A DNA stretch of 36,284 nt. Origin: an uncultured bacterium. GTDB taxonomy: Bacteria > Latescibacterota > Latescibacteria > Latescibacterales > Latescibacteraceae. Each line of letters opens with the position of its first letter. Position 1 is the first letter of the stretch. The notes below the pieces were generated by a model. That model was not told where the DNA came from, made no database searches, and saw only the letters and a list, made by a program, of their open reading frames with translations. The stretch covers positions 32,513-68,796 of the forward strand of contig CAYRTQ010000001.1 in assembly GCA_964426865.1 (NCBI GenBank), read 5' to 3'. Below are positions 8,660-18,013 of this stretch, piece after piece. Position numbers and translations under genes: made by a program.

Positions 8660-8751
8660 AAATATTGAGCGCCTGAATGCTTCCCTGCATGCGGGCGGTG
8701 CTTGTCTGAAAGAATGAGCGGTCAAACGAGCAAGGAATGATTTTGAGACCT

Positions 8752-8855
8752 GTCTGAACCGGTGATTCGCATGATTCACATGATGAAGAATGATGAAAAG
8801 AAATGCCTTTATCAATCTTTTATCATTTTCAATCATTCGCATCACCGGTTCAGAC
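8752..8855. repeat. AT-rich long imperfect inverted repeat (hairpin or MITE-like) downstream of korC
   Basis: GTCTGAACCGGTGAT (8752-8766) is the perfect reverse complement of ATCACCGGTTCAGAC (8841-8855). The arms extend inward to ~26 bp with 3 mismatches. The ~52-nt AT-rich loop has further self-complementarity (GATGAAAAGA / TCTTTTATC). Confidence 0.6.
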
Positions 8856-9119
8856 CATCTGTTGGTTCGCCGGGCCGTATACTCATCCCGCGAAACCATT
8901 CTTACTCGCTTGCATTGATTTTCGTCTGAAACCGGCGGTACACCCGGTGAACGGAAACGGAACCATGTCCAGACGGATCGGGAAAAACGTACGGAATCCC
9001 CGGAGGCTCCGGTGAACGGCGGTTTCATCCCGACGGTACCGGCGGATGCAAACGAACGGACGAACGCGCTTCCCCGTCCGGAAACGTCACGACAGACGGG
9101 CGGGGGATTCGGCGTGACC

Positions 9120-10841
9120 ATGGAAAGCGATCCGCTGGGATGGGACCTTCGCGAAGGCTTCCGCAAGCGGTTTCCCTTCCTCGCGCTCCCTTTCCAGGTG
9201 GTCGACCGGCGCACCTTCGGGAACCCCGATATGGAGCCGAACCGTCTCATCCTTGGCGACAACCTGCATGTCATGCGCCAGCTTCCGGACGAAAGCATCG
9301 ATCTCATCTACATCGATCCGCCCTTCTTCTCCGGCCGTCACCACCGGGCGGTTTCCGGCGATCGCACGGAACACCGGTCCTTTTCCGATGTCTGGGATGA
9401 CGGCCTGCCCGGCTATCTTGTCTGGCTCAACGCCCGTCTCTTCGAGATGCGGCGTCTGCTGAAAAAAACGGGCAGTCTGGTCGTTCACTGCGATCATCAC
9501 GCCAACCATTACATCAAGGTCGAACTGGACAAAATTTTCGGCCCCGGTCATTTTCGCAACGAGATCGTCTGGTCCTACGACAGCGGGGGAAGGTCGCGGA
9601 ATTCCTACCCGAGAAAGCACGATGTCCTCCTCTGGTTCGCGAAACGGCGACCGTTCTTTTCCCCCGAGGCGGTCGGCATTCCCCGCAACGTGTGCCCCCG
9701 GTGCGGACGGGTCCTGGAGAAGTGGAACAACCTGAAGAAATGCGCCGATGAAACCGGACGGACGTTCCGTACCATACGATCGGCGGGGAAAGTGTACCGG
9801 TATTACGACGACGACCGTGTATGCCCGCCGGATGTCTGGCTCGGCATCAACCATTTGCAGCAGAAGGATCCCGAGCGTATCGGATATCCCACCCAGAAAC
9901 CGGAACAACTGCTCGAACGGGTGATCCGGGGATGGTGTCCGGAAGGGGGAACGGTCGCGGACTTTTTTTGCGGCGGGGGGACAACCCCGGCGGCGGCGCA
10001 CCGGTTGGGAAGACGGTGGATCGCTTGCGACCGGTCGAAAGAGGCGGTGGATGTCACCCGCGACCGTCTGACGCGTCTGGCGGTGGTCCCGGACGACGAG
10101 TCATCCCCCGCGCCGGATTTCACCCTGGAACGTTGGGGCGTCTATGAAACCGCCGATGTTCCGCCCGGAGAACTCCGCGCGTTCATCCTTTGCGCCTTCG
10201 GAGCGGACCGGACGGAAAGCGCGGGGGGCATCGACGGGTTCACGGGCGCTACCCCGCTCTGGCTCGGAGACCCGGACCGGGAAGCAGGGGTGACCGCTTC
10301 GGAGGTGCTGGCTTTCGCGGACGCGGTGCGAAAAACGACGGATGCCGCGCGGAATCCCATGCGAGAGGGTGTCATGCTGGCCCGTGAGTTTCGGGAAGAT
10401 GCGGTCGAAACGGCGGAACGGCTGCGGCTGACTGCCCCGGACAGTCCCGGATGCATGCGGCTGGATCTGGTGCGTGTCGTTTCCCCCCGTTTCGGGGAGT
10501 CCGCCGCCCATGACGGGGATGGGAATTTTCTAACATTTGTTTTTCCCCCGATCGTAGATGTCGAATATGCACTATCCGGCCCCCGCACATTCCGGTTCGA
10601 CGCGGGGGGGACATCGGTCCGGAATCCCGGGGCGAAAATCGTCGCGGTGGCATGGGATTTCGATTATGCCGGGAGCTTCTCCGGCGCTCACCGGCATTCG
10701 TTCGTGAGCGGAAGCGAAGGAGAAGCGGCGGCGGTGGTGGAGCATACGTTCCCCTCGTCCGGAAAGAAACGCTTCGCCTGTCGGGTGCGTGACGATATGG
10801 GCGGCGAGGGAATCCATACCGGGGAAATCGAAGTGAATTAA
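9120..10841 (+). CDS. Site-specific DNA methyltransferase (N4/N6, PF01555-like, beta-class motif order) with long C-terminal extension ending in a PKD-like domain
   Basis: IDLIYIDPPFFSG (motif IV, DPPF) lies upstream of VADFFCGGGTTPAAA (motif I), and PTQKPEQLLERVI is present. The C-terminus VAVAWDFDYAG...VEHTFPSSGKKRFACRVRDDMGGEG..GEIEV looks PKD-like. The start is uncertain: GTG 9012, ATG 9120 or ATG 9231. Confidence 0.8.
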   Translation: MESDPLGWDLREGFRKRFPFLALPFQVVDRRTFGNPDMEPNRLILGDNLHVMRQLPDESIDLIYIDPPFFSGRHHRAVSGDRTEHRSFSDVWDDGLPGYLVWLNARLFEMRRLLKKTGSLVVHCDHHANHYIKVELDKIFGPGHFRNEIVWSYDSGGRSRNSYPRKHDVLLWFAKRRPFFSPEAVGIPRNVCPRCGRVLEKWNNLKKCADETGRTFRTIRSAGKVYRYYDDDRVCPPDVWLGINHLQQKDPERIGYPTQKPEQLLERVIRGWCPEGGTVADFFCGGGTTPAAAHRLGRRWIACDRSKEAVDVTRDRLTRLAVVPDDESSPAPDFTLERWGVYETADVPPGELRAFILCAFGADRTESAGGIDGFTGATPLWLGDPDREAGVTASEVLAFADAVRKTTDAARNPMREGVMLAREFREDAVETAERLRLTAPDSPGCMRLDLVRVVSPRFGESAAHDGDGNFLTFVFPPIVDVEYALSGPRTFRFDAGGTSVRNPGAKIVAVAWDFDYAGSFSGAHRHSFVSGSEGEAAAVVEHTFPSSGKKRFACRVRDDMGGEGIHTGEIEVN

Positions 10842-10906
10842 CCCGCCCGGCTGGTGTAGTCCCGAACCTGACCGGAGTTGATCCGAACGACAGGAGAATT
10901 CAGCCG

Positions 10907-12019
10907 GTGAACGCCCGCCTGCACTATCTCGACAACCTCCGCACCTTCGCGGTCATGCTGGTGCTCCTGCACCACACCGCGATCACATACGGCGCTTCCG
11001 GGTCCTGGTATTACAGCGAGGTGAGCGGGGTTTCGCTCACCGCCGTGATCCTGACCCTGTTCTGCGCGGTCAACCAGGCGTTCTTCATGGGCCTGCTGTT
11101 CTTCATCTCCGGATATTTCACCGCGCCGTCATATGACCGCAAGGGGACGCTCCGGTTTCTCCGGGACAAGCTGGTGCGGCTGGGGATTCCGCTTCTCTTC
11201 TATGCGTTCGTGCTGGGTCCGGCGATGTCCTATTTCCCCCATCACCGGGACTGGACGGTTTTTCTCGAGTATTACCGCACCCGGATACTGACCTTGAAAA
11301 ACATCGGTTTCGGGCCGTTGTGGTTCGTGGAAGCGCTGCTCATTTTCAATTTCGCCTATGTCATCTGGAAGGCGGTTTCCCGGAGCGGAGCGGACGCCCG
11401 GCATAAAGCCTTTCCCTCCAGCCGGTCCATTCTGGCCGCCGCGGTTCTCACCGGGATCGGGGCGTTCTGCCTGCGGCTGGTCTGGCCGTGCGGAGTGAAT
11501 GTCCTGCAAATGCAGCTCGGATATTTCTCGTCCTACGTGGTGCTGTTCGCGCTCGGAATCGCGGCTTTCCGGTACGGGTGGCTGGAGGAAATCCCCGCCC
11601 GGACGTCGCGGACCTGGTCACTCCTCGCCCTGGCTTCGATACTGCTGCTGCCGGTCATACTCGTACTCGGCGGGGCGCTCTCCGGCAATGTCGAACCGTT
11701 CATGGGCGGAATGCACTGGCAGGCGGCGGCCTATTCCCTCTGGGAGCCGTTCGCGGCGTTCGGAATCATCCTTTTCCTGCTGACCCGGTTCCGGAGCTAT
11801 CTGAACCGGGCCGGGGTTCTCCTCCGGGCGCTCTCGGAAAGTTCCTACACCGCGTATATCATCCATCCGCCGGTCATCGTGGGGGTCAGCCTGCTCGCGC
11901 GCGAAGCGTCCGCGCCTCCGATGCTCAAGTTCATGGCGGTCGGAACGTCCGGGGTTGCGCTCTGCTTCGCGCTGAGCTATCTTGTCACCCGTATTCCGGG
12001 GGCCAGACGGGTGCTGTAG
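10907..12019 (+). CDS. Acyltransferase family 3 membrane protein (O-acyltransferase)
   Basis: The N-terminus RLHYLDNLRTFAVMLVLLHHTAITYG is the typical acyltransferase_3 signature. Roughly 10 hydrophobic segments. GTG start. Confidence 0.8.
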   Translation: MNARLHYLDNLRTFAVMLVLLHHTAITYGASGSWYYSEVSGVSLTAVILTLFCAVNQAFFMGLLFFISGYFTAPSYDRKGTLRFLRDKLVRLGIPLLFYAFVLGPAMSYFPHHRDWTVFLEYYRTRILTLKNIGFGPLWFVEALLIFNFAYVIWKAVSRSGADARHKAFPSSRSILAAAVLTGIGAFCLRLVWPCGVNVLQMQLGYFSSYVVLFALGIAAFRYGWLEEIPARTSRTWSLLALASILLLPVILVLGGALSGNVEPFMGGMHWQAAAYSLWEPFAAFGIILFLLTRFRSYLNRAGVLLRALSESSYTAYIIHPPVIVGVSLLAREASAPPMLKFMAVGTSGVALCFALSYLVTRIPGARRVL

Positions 12020-12146
12020 GGGTACGGATAAAGGGACAAAGGGGAAAGAGCCGGACCGGGATTCTGGCCGGGATGGAAAGGGGGCCGGAGAAGGGAATGA
12101 GACCCGGCGCGGCAAGCAACGAAAATATACCCGGAGAGAAAACGGC

Positions 12147-12947
12147 ATGCATGGAATCATGAGAACAACCGGTGTTTTCCTTCTCGCGGCGGCGTTCGCG
12201 TTCGGAGTCCGGGCGGAAGGCAAAAACGGAACCGCTCCGGCGCGGACCGGGACAAAACCGGAAAATACCGCGATCATTCCCGTTCCCAAGCTGGAGAACG
12301 ATTTTTATGACTGGTATCAGCGTCATGAACAGGTGAAGGAGCAGATCGGGAAACAGTCGGTCGATCTCGTTTTCATCGGCGATTCCATAACCCACATGTT
12401 CGGGGGAACGCCGCGCTCGGATATCGTCCACGGCGGAGCGGTATGGGACAAGTATTACCGCGGGCTGAACGCGGTCAACATGGGATTCGGATGGGACCGC
12501 ACCCAGAATGTCCTCTGGCGGCTCGAAAACGGGGAATTCGAGGGGATTCAGCCGAAAGTCGCGGTGCTCCTGATCGGTACGAACAATCTCACCGGCACGG
12601 AGAACGCCCGCGAGAATTCTCCCGCCGAAATTGCGGAAGGGATCGAGGCGATCTGTGAGACCATCCACGCGAAAGCGCCGGAATGCCGCATACTCCTGCT
12701 CGGAGTGCTCCCACGCAGCCCGGTTAAGTTTGTCCGCCCGATACGGGACATCAATCGGCGCATCGCCCGTCTGGATGATAAGGATTACATCACATTCCTG
12801 AATTTCGGCGGGAAGATCGCCGCCCCAAACGGCCTTCCCCGGAAAGAATTCATGTTCGAGGACGGCGTGCATCCCAACGAAAAAGGCTACCGGATATGGG
12901 CGGAATCGATGGACGCCACGTTGAAAAAGCTGCTCTCGGGGAAGTGA
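12147..12947 (+). CDS. Secreted SGNH/GDSL-family hydrolase (esterase/deacetylase-like)
   Basis: Signal peptide MRTTGVFLLAAAFAFGVRA. Block I FIGDSITH, block II-like GFGWDRT, block III LLIGTNNL, block V DGVHPNEKGY. A GGAGAG RBS precedes ATG 12147. The upstream part of the tracked ORF (from 11982) is low-complexity and overlaps the previous gene. Confidence 0.8.
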   Translation: MHGIMRTTGVFLLAAAFAFGVRAEGKNGTAPARTGTKPENTAIIPVPKLENDFYDWYQRHEQVKEQIGKQSVDLVFIGDSITHMFGGTPRSDIVHGGAVWDKYYRGLNAVNMGFGWDRTQNVLWRLENGEFEGIQPKVAVLLIGTNNLTGTENARENSPAEIAEGIEAICETIHAKAPECRILLLGVLPRSPVKFVRPIRDINRRIARLDDKDYITFLNFGGKIAAPNGLPRKEFMFEDGVHPNEKGYRIWAESMDATLKKLLSGK

Positions 12948-13007
12948 CCCGGCCCTGATCCCATCGTATAGACCGAAACCAAACCATCGCACCAATGGGG
13001 GAGTTCC

Positions 13008-15182
13008 ATGCGGCCAAGCATTTTTGCCTCCAACGCACTCATCTGTCTGGCAGTTCTTTCTCTGACCCTCGCGACCGGCGGTTCCGCTTTCGCCCAAAAG
13101 ACGGATATGGACACCATCACCTGGCGGGCGGATGCCGAAAAGATATACGACACCGGGTTCATGCACATGGTGCGGAAAAACCCGGAAGGGGGAATCTGCC
13201 TCTGGAACGCCGAAGTGGTGGAGAACGACTCCCCCGGCGCGGGATACAGCCAGAAAGGGGTATACGAGGATGCGGTCTGGGGATCCAACCGGGCGCGCAA
13301 GATTCTCACCCTCGACGATCCCCGCGCCCACAGGGCGGCGCTCTATGTTTTCCCGGACCGCCGTAATCCGTCCAATCCTCTGACCATCTCGGTGAACGGG
13401 CATCGCGGGAAGGTGGACAACAATCCGCTCCAGGGCTGGGAGAACGCGCGCTGGACCGATATCCCCCCCGAGTGGCTGAAGAAGGGGGAAAACGTCATCG
13501 AACTTTCCTGCCCCGAGGCGCAGAAGGAAGGTGACGGCTGGAATCTCCAGATCGCCCGCGCCGACGAGTACGCGACTGGCGGCGGCGATCCGAAAGATGT
13601 GGGGAAAACCTCGTTCAAATCCACCGACAACGGCAAATCATGGAAGGAAAGCCCCTTCGGCCCGGAGGGCAGGGACCGCGCCGAATACAGCGTACGGCTG
13701 GGGCTGGAACGCTCCGTGCGCTCGGGATGGCTGGCAAGCCCGGTCATCGACCTCTGGCGCGGGGACCGCGACGATCCCATCGCCCGGGCGCGCACCATTC
13801 GCGCTTTCCGCTTCTCCGCGCTCTCCACCGTCCCCCCGGGAACCTCGGTGCAATGCTATATCCGCAGGGGTTCCAGCCCAAACCCGTATTCGGATGAATG
13901 GGAGGCCTACGAACTCGCCGGAAGCGGCCCCTCGATCAATGTCGCGGTCGATGGCGCGAAATTCAACCGCCGCTTCTTCCAGTTCAGGATGGAACTCTCC
14001 ACCGGGGACCCGCTGGTCACTCCCACGGTCAAATCCGCCGAGCTTTCCGCCGATTTCCGCGAGGATTTCCCGGTGCCGCTCCACGGCAACCTGTTCGTGA
14101 CCGAGAGTTACAACCCGACAGTGCGGTATCCCTCGGTGAACTGGGAATGGGAAAAGTGGGACCGTCCGGAATTCGCCCGTCTGCGCGCCCAGGAAAACCT
14201 GGACGCCCTGGTGTCCGGCTGCCGCACCGAGCTGGAGGCCCAGATGAAACTCCTCGATTACGCCGCCAAGCGCTGGCGCTGGACGAACCCCAACATGGAA
14301 TATCCGGGATGGGACGCGCTCTCCATCGTGAACCGCATCAACAAGGCCGGCGGGGGCGGTATGTGCATCCAGGAGAACCTGTTCCTGGTGGGGATGTGCA
14401 TGGCCTACGGCTGGCAGGGACGGCTTATCGGGGTGGACGCCCACGAGGTCTGCGAAATATGGAACGACGAATACGCCAAGTGGATCTATTTCGACGCCTT
14501 TTTCCCCAACCACATCCTCTGCGACCCGAAAACCGGTGAACCGCTCAGCTTCCTCGAAATCCACGACCGGTACATGGACTATTTCTATCCGGACACGGCC
14601 ATGGACTGGGCGACCACGTACCGGCTCGGGACGGAGGCGTTCAAGGATCGCGCGGACAAGCCCCCGGTGATACGCAGTTCGCTCACCTACCACGACCATG
14701 CCCAGAACGCCTACACCGGGTTCATGGAGTCCCGCATCATGCGCATGCTTCCGAGGAACAACTTCTACGAAAAGCCGACTCCCCGTCCGCTGGCCCACGA
14801 CCGCGGCGGGTACCTGTGGCAGGGCTATGTTTCCTGGTATGACGCGAAAACCCCGCCCCGCGGCTGGTATCGTGAACACACCGACCGTTCCCGCGATCTC
14901 TGGCCCGACCTGAACACGGTGCATATCACCACCACCCAAGGTTTCGGCAACGAGAACCTGTTTCTCGAATTCGAAACCTACGCCCCAAATTTCAGCCACT
15001 TCGAGGTGAATACCGACCATACCGGCTGGAAGAAAACCGAGGAACGCTGGACCTGGCGTCTGGTCCCGGGCCGTAACGAGGTCGAGGTCCGCGCGGTGAA
15101 CAAGCTGGGAGTGGGCGGAAAGCCCTCGCGGCTGGTGGTGAACAACGTGGCGATGCCGTTCCAGGAATGGGATATCAAATAG
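13008..15182 (+). CDS. Secreted 724-aa protein with transglutaminase-like cysteine-protease core and one BNR/Asp-box
   Basis: Signal peptide ICLAVLSLTLATGGSAFAQ. Asp-box STDNGKSW. Transglutaminase-like Cys..His..Asp arrangement: GGGMCIQENLFLVGMCMAYGW...VDAHEVCEIWNDEYAKWIYFDAFF. Confidence 0.6.
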   Translation: MRPSIFASNALICLAVLSLTLATGGSAFAQKTDMDTITWRADAEKIYDTGFMHMVRKNPEGGICLWNAEVVENDSPGAGYSQKGVYEDAVWGSNRARKILTLDDPRAHRAALYVFPDRRNPSNPLTISVNGHRGKVDNNPLQGWENARWTDIPPEWLKKGENVIELSCPEAQKEGDGWNLQIARADEYATGGGDPKDVGKTSFKSTDNGKSWKESPFGPEGRDRAEYSVRLGLERSVRSGWLASPVIDLWRGDRDDPIARARTIRAFRFSALSTVPPGTSVQCYIRRGSSPNPYSDEWEAYELAGSGPSINVAVDGAKFNRRFFQFRMELSTGDPLVTPTVKSAELSADFREDFPVPLHGNLFVTESYNPTVRYPSVNWEWEKWDRPEFARLRAQENLDALVSGCRTELEAQMKLLDYAAKRWRWTNPNMEYPGWDALSIVNRINKAGGGGMCIQENLFLVGMCMAYGWQGRLIGVDAHEVCEIWNDEYAKWIYFDAFFPNHILCDPKTGEPLSFLEIHDRYMDYFYPDTAMDWATTYRLGTEAFKDRADKPPVIRSSLTYHDHAQNAYTGFMESRIMRMLPRNNFYEKPTPRPLAHDRGGYLWQGYVSWYDAKTPPRGWYREHTDRSRDLWPDLNTVHITTTQGFGNENLFLEFETYAPNFSHFEVNTDHTGWKKTEERWTWRLVPGRNEVEVRAVNKLGVGGKPSRLVVNNVAMPFQEWDIK

Positions 15183-15206
15183 CATTACGCCGTACCTCAT
15201 CCCCGT

Positions 15207-15230
15207 CCCTTCTCCTGGTCAGGAGAAGGG
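15207..15230 (+). terminator. Perfect 10-bp hairpin after the transglutaminase-like gene
   Basis: CCCTTCTCCT (15207-15216) pairs with AGGAGAAGGG (15221-15230) around loop GGTC. No clear U-tract. Confidence 0.45.
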
Positions 15231-15491
15231 TGACTCGTTCGGAGCGGCGGTTGCACAAATCAAGAAGCTTACTGCGACACAGAGTATTACCTTTTTCTTA
15301 ACGTACAAGGGCGGCCGTGGGTCGGGTGAGGTGAGCGCTCATGAGTCGCATACGTTCGAATGTATACCGAACGAGCAACTCCCGGCAGTATATTCCGGGC
15401 GAACCAGGAGAAAAGGCTGTTTCTTTCTCGCCGGAGCAATAACTCGGGCGCTTTGGCATTCAGGCACTTATTTATCCAAACGGACCTATTC

Positions 15492-16631
15492 ATGAAACTT
15501 TTCGAACACGAAGCAGCGGACATTTTCGCGGGAATGGGCATCCCCGTTCCCGAACGCATGATCGCGCACACCCCCGATGAGGCGAAAGCCGCCGCGGCGC
15601 AGCTCGCCGGGCCGGTGGTGGTGAAAGCCCAGGTGCTCTCCGGCGGGCGCGGACTGGCAGGCGGAGTGAAACCCGCCGCGGACCCGGAAGAAACGTACGC
15701 GGTCGCGGAACGCATCCTCGGGACGAGCATACGGGGCCTTCGGGTAAACAAGGTTCTGGTGAGCCGTCGGGTGGAATTCGATACGGAACTCTACCTGGGC
15801 ATCACCGTGGACGGTTACGCTGGAAAACCCATTGTGGTGGCGTGCAGCGAGGGCGGCATGAGCATCGAGGAGGTGGCGAAGCACTCCCCGGAGAAAATCG
15901 CCTCCCTGCATGTGGACGTGAACCGCGGACTTTTCGCCTACGAGGCCCGGAAGCTTCTCAAAAACGCATCCTTCCCCGCGAAACAGATTCCCGCCTGCGC
16001 GGATATCCTGGTGAAACTCTACCGCACCTTCCGTCGGCTGAACGCTCTCATCGCGGAAATCAATCCGCTGGTGATCGGCTCCGACGGATCCCCGCTGGCG
16101 CTGGACGCCAAGCTGGAAGTGGACGATTCCGCCCTTTACCGCATGGAGAACCGCTTCCCGAAGGAACGGGCGAAGGAGCGCGACGAAAGCCCCCTGGAGC
16201 GACGGGGCCGCGAAATCGGCGTAACCTATGTTGAACTGGACGGCGATATCGGGCTCATTTCTTCCGGCGCCGGGCTGGGCATGGCCACCATGGATATCAT
16301 CGGGCGGAAACTCCGTCCCGCGAACTTTCTGGAAACCGGCGGCGGCATCACCGCGGACCTTCTCTACAACACCATGGACCTCATGCTCTCCAAACCGGGG
16401 CTGCGCGCGGTGTTTGTCAATCTCTACGGCGGCATCAACCCCATCCACGAGGGGGCGAAAGGTATCGTGCGCTACATCCAGGAGCACAATGTCTCCATTC
16501 CCATCGTGGCCAAAGCCCTGGGGAACCGTCAGGAGGAAACCTGGGAAATTCTCCGCTCCGGAGGCGTCCATGTGGTGACCGACGTGGCGACCGAGAAGGC
16601 GGTGGAGAAGCTCTTCGAACTGGTGGAGTGA
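15492..16631 (+). CDS. sucC: Succinyl-CoA synthetase (ADP/GDP-forming) beta subunit, ATP-grasp
   Basis: The N-terminus MKLFEHEAADIFAGMGIPVP..VVVKAQVLSGGRG matches the canonical SucC start (MNLHEYQAK..GVPVP..VVKAQV..GGRGK). The 380-aa length fits. The tracked ORF start at 15360 adds a non-homologous leader. Confidence 0.85.
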   Translation: MKLFEHEAADIFAGMGIPVPERMIAHTPDEAKAAAAQLAGPVVVKAQVLSGGRGLAGGVKPAADPEETYAVAERILGTSIRGLRVNKVLVSRRVEFDTELYLGITVDGYAGKPIVVACSEGGMSIEEVAKHSPEKIASLHVDVNRGLFAYEARKLLKNASFPAKQIPACADILVKLYRTFRRLNALIAEINPLVIGSDGSPLALDAKLEVDDSALYRMENRFPKERAKERDESPLERRGREIGVTYVELDGDIGLISSGAGLGMATMDIIGRKLRPANFLETGGGITADLLYNTMDLMLSKPGLRAVFVNLYGGINPIHEGAKGIVRYIQEHNVSIPIVAKALGNRQEETWEILRSGGVHVVTDVATEKAVEKLFELVE

Positions 16632-16918
16632 GGAGCCGTAGCACCGCCATCGCGGCCCTACCGCTCACCGCCGCGGCGAAGCATTCAGGTTCTCCCGTCG
16701 CGAACACCGGGCCGGGAGACGAGCCGAAACGGCTCTCTCCAGTACATGGGCACATCCTCCATGCTGGAACGCCGGGAGAGAAGTTTGGAGACCGCGCGCA
16801 CAATGGGGTATTGAAAAGGGCTTCCCAAACAGATATCACCGAAGCATATTATCCGTAAAGCAACGGATCGAATGTTCCTATCGCGCCCTTGAAATGAAGC
16901 GGCAGACAAGGTTTTCCC

Positions 16919-18010
16919 ATGAGTACGCTGACTCGCATATCCATTGAAAACTTCAAGTCGATCAAAATACTCACTCTCGACCTGAAACCCATGAATATCC
17001 TGATCGGGGCGAACGGCGCGGGAAAGTCAAACTTCGTCGGAGTTTTCAAATTCCTCAACGAACTGGTGGAAGGGAACCTTCAGACCTATACCGGCAGACA
17101 GGGGGGGGCGAACAGCATACTGCATTTTGGGCGGAAGCAATCAGAAAGCCTGTCAATACAGTTAAGTTTCGATGAAAAAATAGAGTATGACTGTATCCTC
17201 GCACCAACTGTCGCAGACAGTTTCGTGTTTCATAATGAAACGGTTTATCGACCGAATACTGATACTGGTGGGAAAGACTGCCATGTATATCATTCAGGAA
17301 ACGGATATCTGGAATCGGAAGTTTCACTCGATACGCAATGTGACCCCGATACCAAATATATTCGAGCATATTTAAAAAGCTGGAAAATCTTCCATTTCCA
17401 TGATACAAGCGAAAGCGCCACCATAAAACAAACCGGCGGCATCGAAGATAATCACTCCCTCCGTCCCGATGGCGGCAATCTGGCGGCATTTCTTTACATG
17501 CTCTCCAAACGATATCCCGGACAGTACGAAAACATCCAGGATTCCATTCGCCTTGTTGCACCATTCTTTGACCGTTTTGTTCTCGAACCTTCCCGGTTGA
17601 ACCCGGACAAGATACGGCTTGAATGGAAACATAAAGGGACGAGCGATTATTTCAATGCCTCTTCCCTTTCGGATGGCACGCTTCGTTTCATGTGTCTTGC
17701 CACGCTCCTTTTGCAGCCGGAATTGCCCTCGATCATTCTCCTGGATGAGCCGGAACTTGGACTTCATCCATATGCGGTGAACGTCCTCGCAAGCCTCTTG
17801 CGGTCTGCATCGAAAGATTCACAAGTTATCGTCGCGACACAATCCGTTACCCTGGTGAATCAGTTCGAACCGGAAGATATCGTTGTTGTGGATCGCGACG
17901 AAGAGCAGAGCACGTTCCGCCGTCTGGAGAAATCTCAGATATCCGAATGGCTTGAGGAGTATGGCCTCGGCGACCTTTGGGAAAAGAACATCCTCGGAGG
18001 GCGTCCCTGA
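16919..18010 (+). CDS. ABC/SMC-like AAA ATPase (AAA_21/AAA_15-like), part of a low-GC inserted cassette
   Basis: N-terminus ISIENFKSIK..LDL..MNILIGANGAGKSN (Walker A). LSDGTLRFMCLATLL (signature-like). IILLDEPELGLHP (Walker B/D-loop). VIVATQS (H-loop region). GC is markedly lower than in the flanks. Confidence 0.85.
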   Translation: MSTLTRISIENFKSIKILTLDLKPMNILIGANGAGKSNFVGVFKFLNELVEGNLQTYTGRQGGANSILHFGRKQSESLSIQLSFDEKIEYDCILAPTVADSFVFHNETVYRPNTDTGGKDCHVYHSGNGYLESEVSLDTQCDPDTKYIRAYLKSWKIFHFHDTSESATIKQTGGIEDNHSLRPDGGNLAAFLYMLSKRYPGQYENIQDSIRLVAPFFDRFVLEPSRLNPDKIRLEWKHKGTSDYFNASSLSDGTLRFMCLATLLLQPELPSIILLDEPELGLHPYAVNVLASLLRSASKDSQVIVATQSVTLVNQFEPEDIVVVDRDEEQSTFRRLEKSQISEWLEEYGLGDLWEKNILGGRP

Positions 18011-18013
18011 ATC

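Noticed and set aside
6110-9307. Long minus-strand ORFs (6110-7333, 7180-8223, 7961-9307) overlapping korA, korB and korC
   Set aside because: These are antisense shadows of clearly identified kor genes. They are low-complexity and have no motifs. The same reasoning rejects 11985-13403, 13638-15200, 15486-16571, 18527-19441, 20409-21743, 23495-24376, 24562-25653 and 31087-32580.
9012-10841. A restriction-modification system around the methyltransferase
   Set aside because: No endonuclease-like ORF is adjacent on either strand. The neighbours are korC and an acyltransferase. It is treated as an orphan methylase.
16628-16909. Small ORFs in the spacer between sucC and the ATPase gene (16628-16858 +, 16685-16909 -)
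   Set aside because: They have no recognisable motifs or RBS and overlap each other on opposite strands. They might be remnants at the insertion junction, but I cannot support a gene call.
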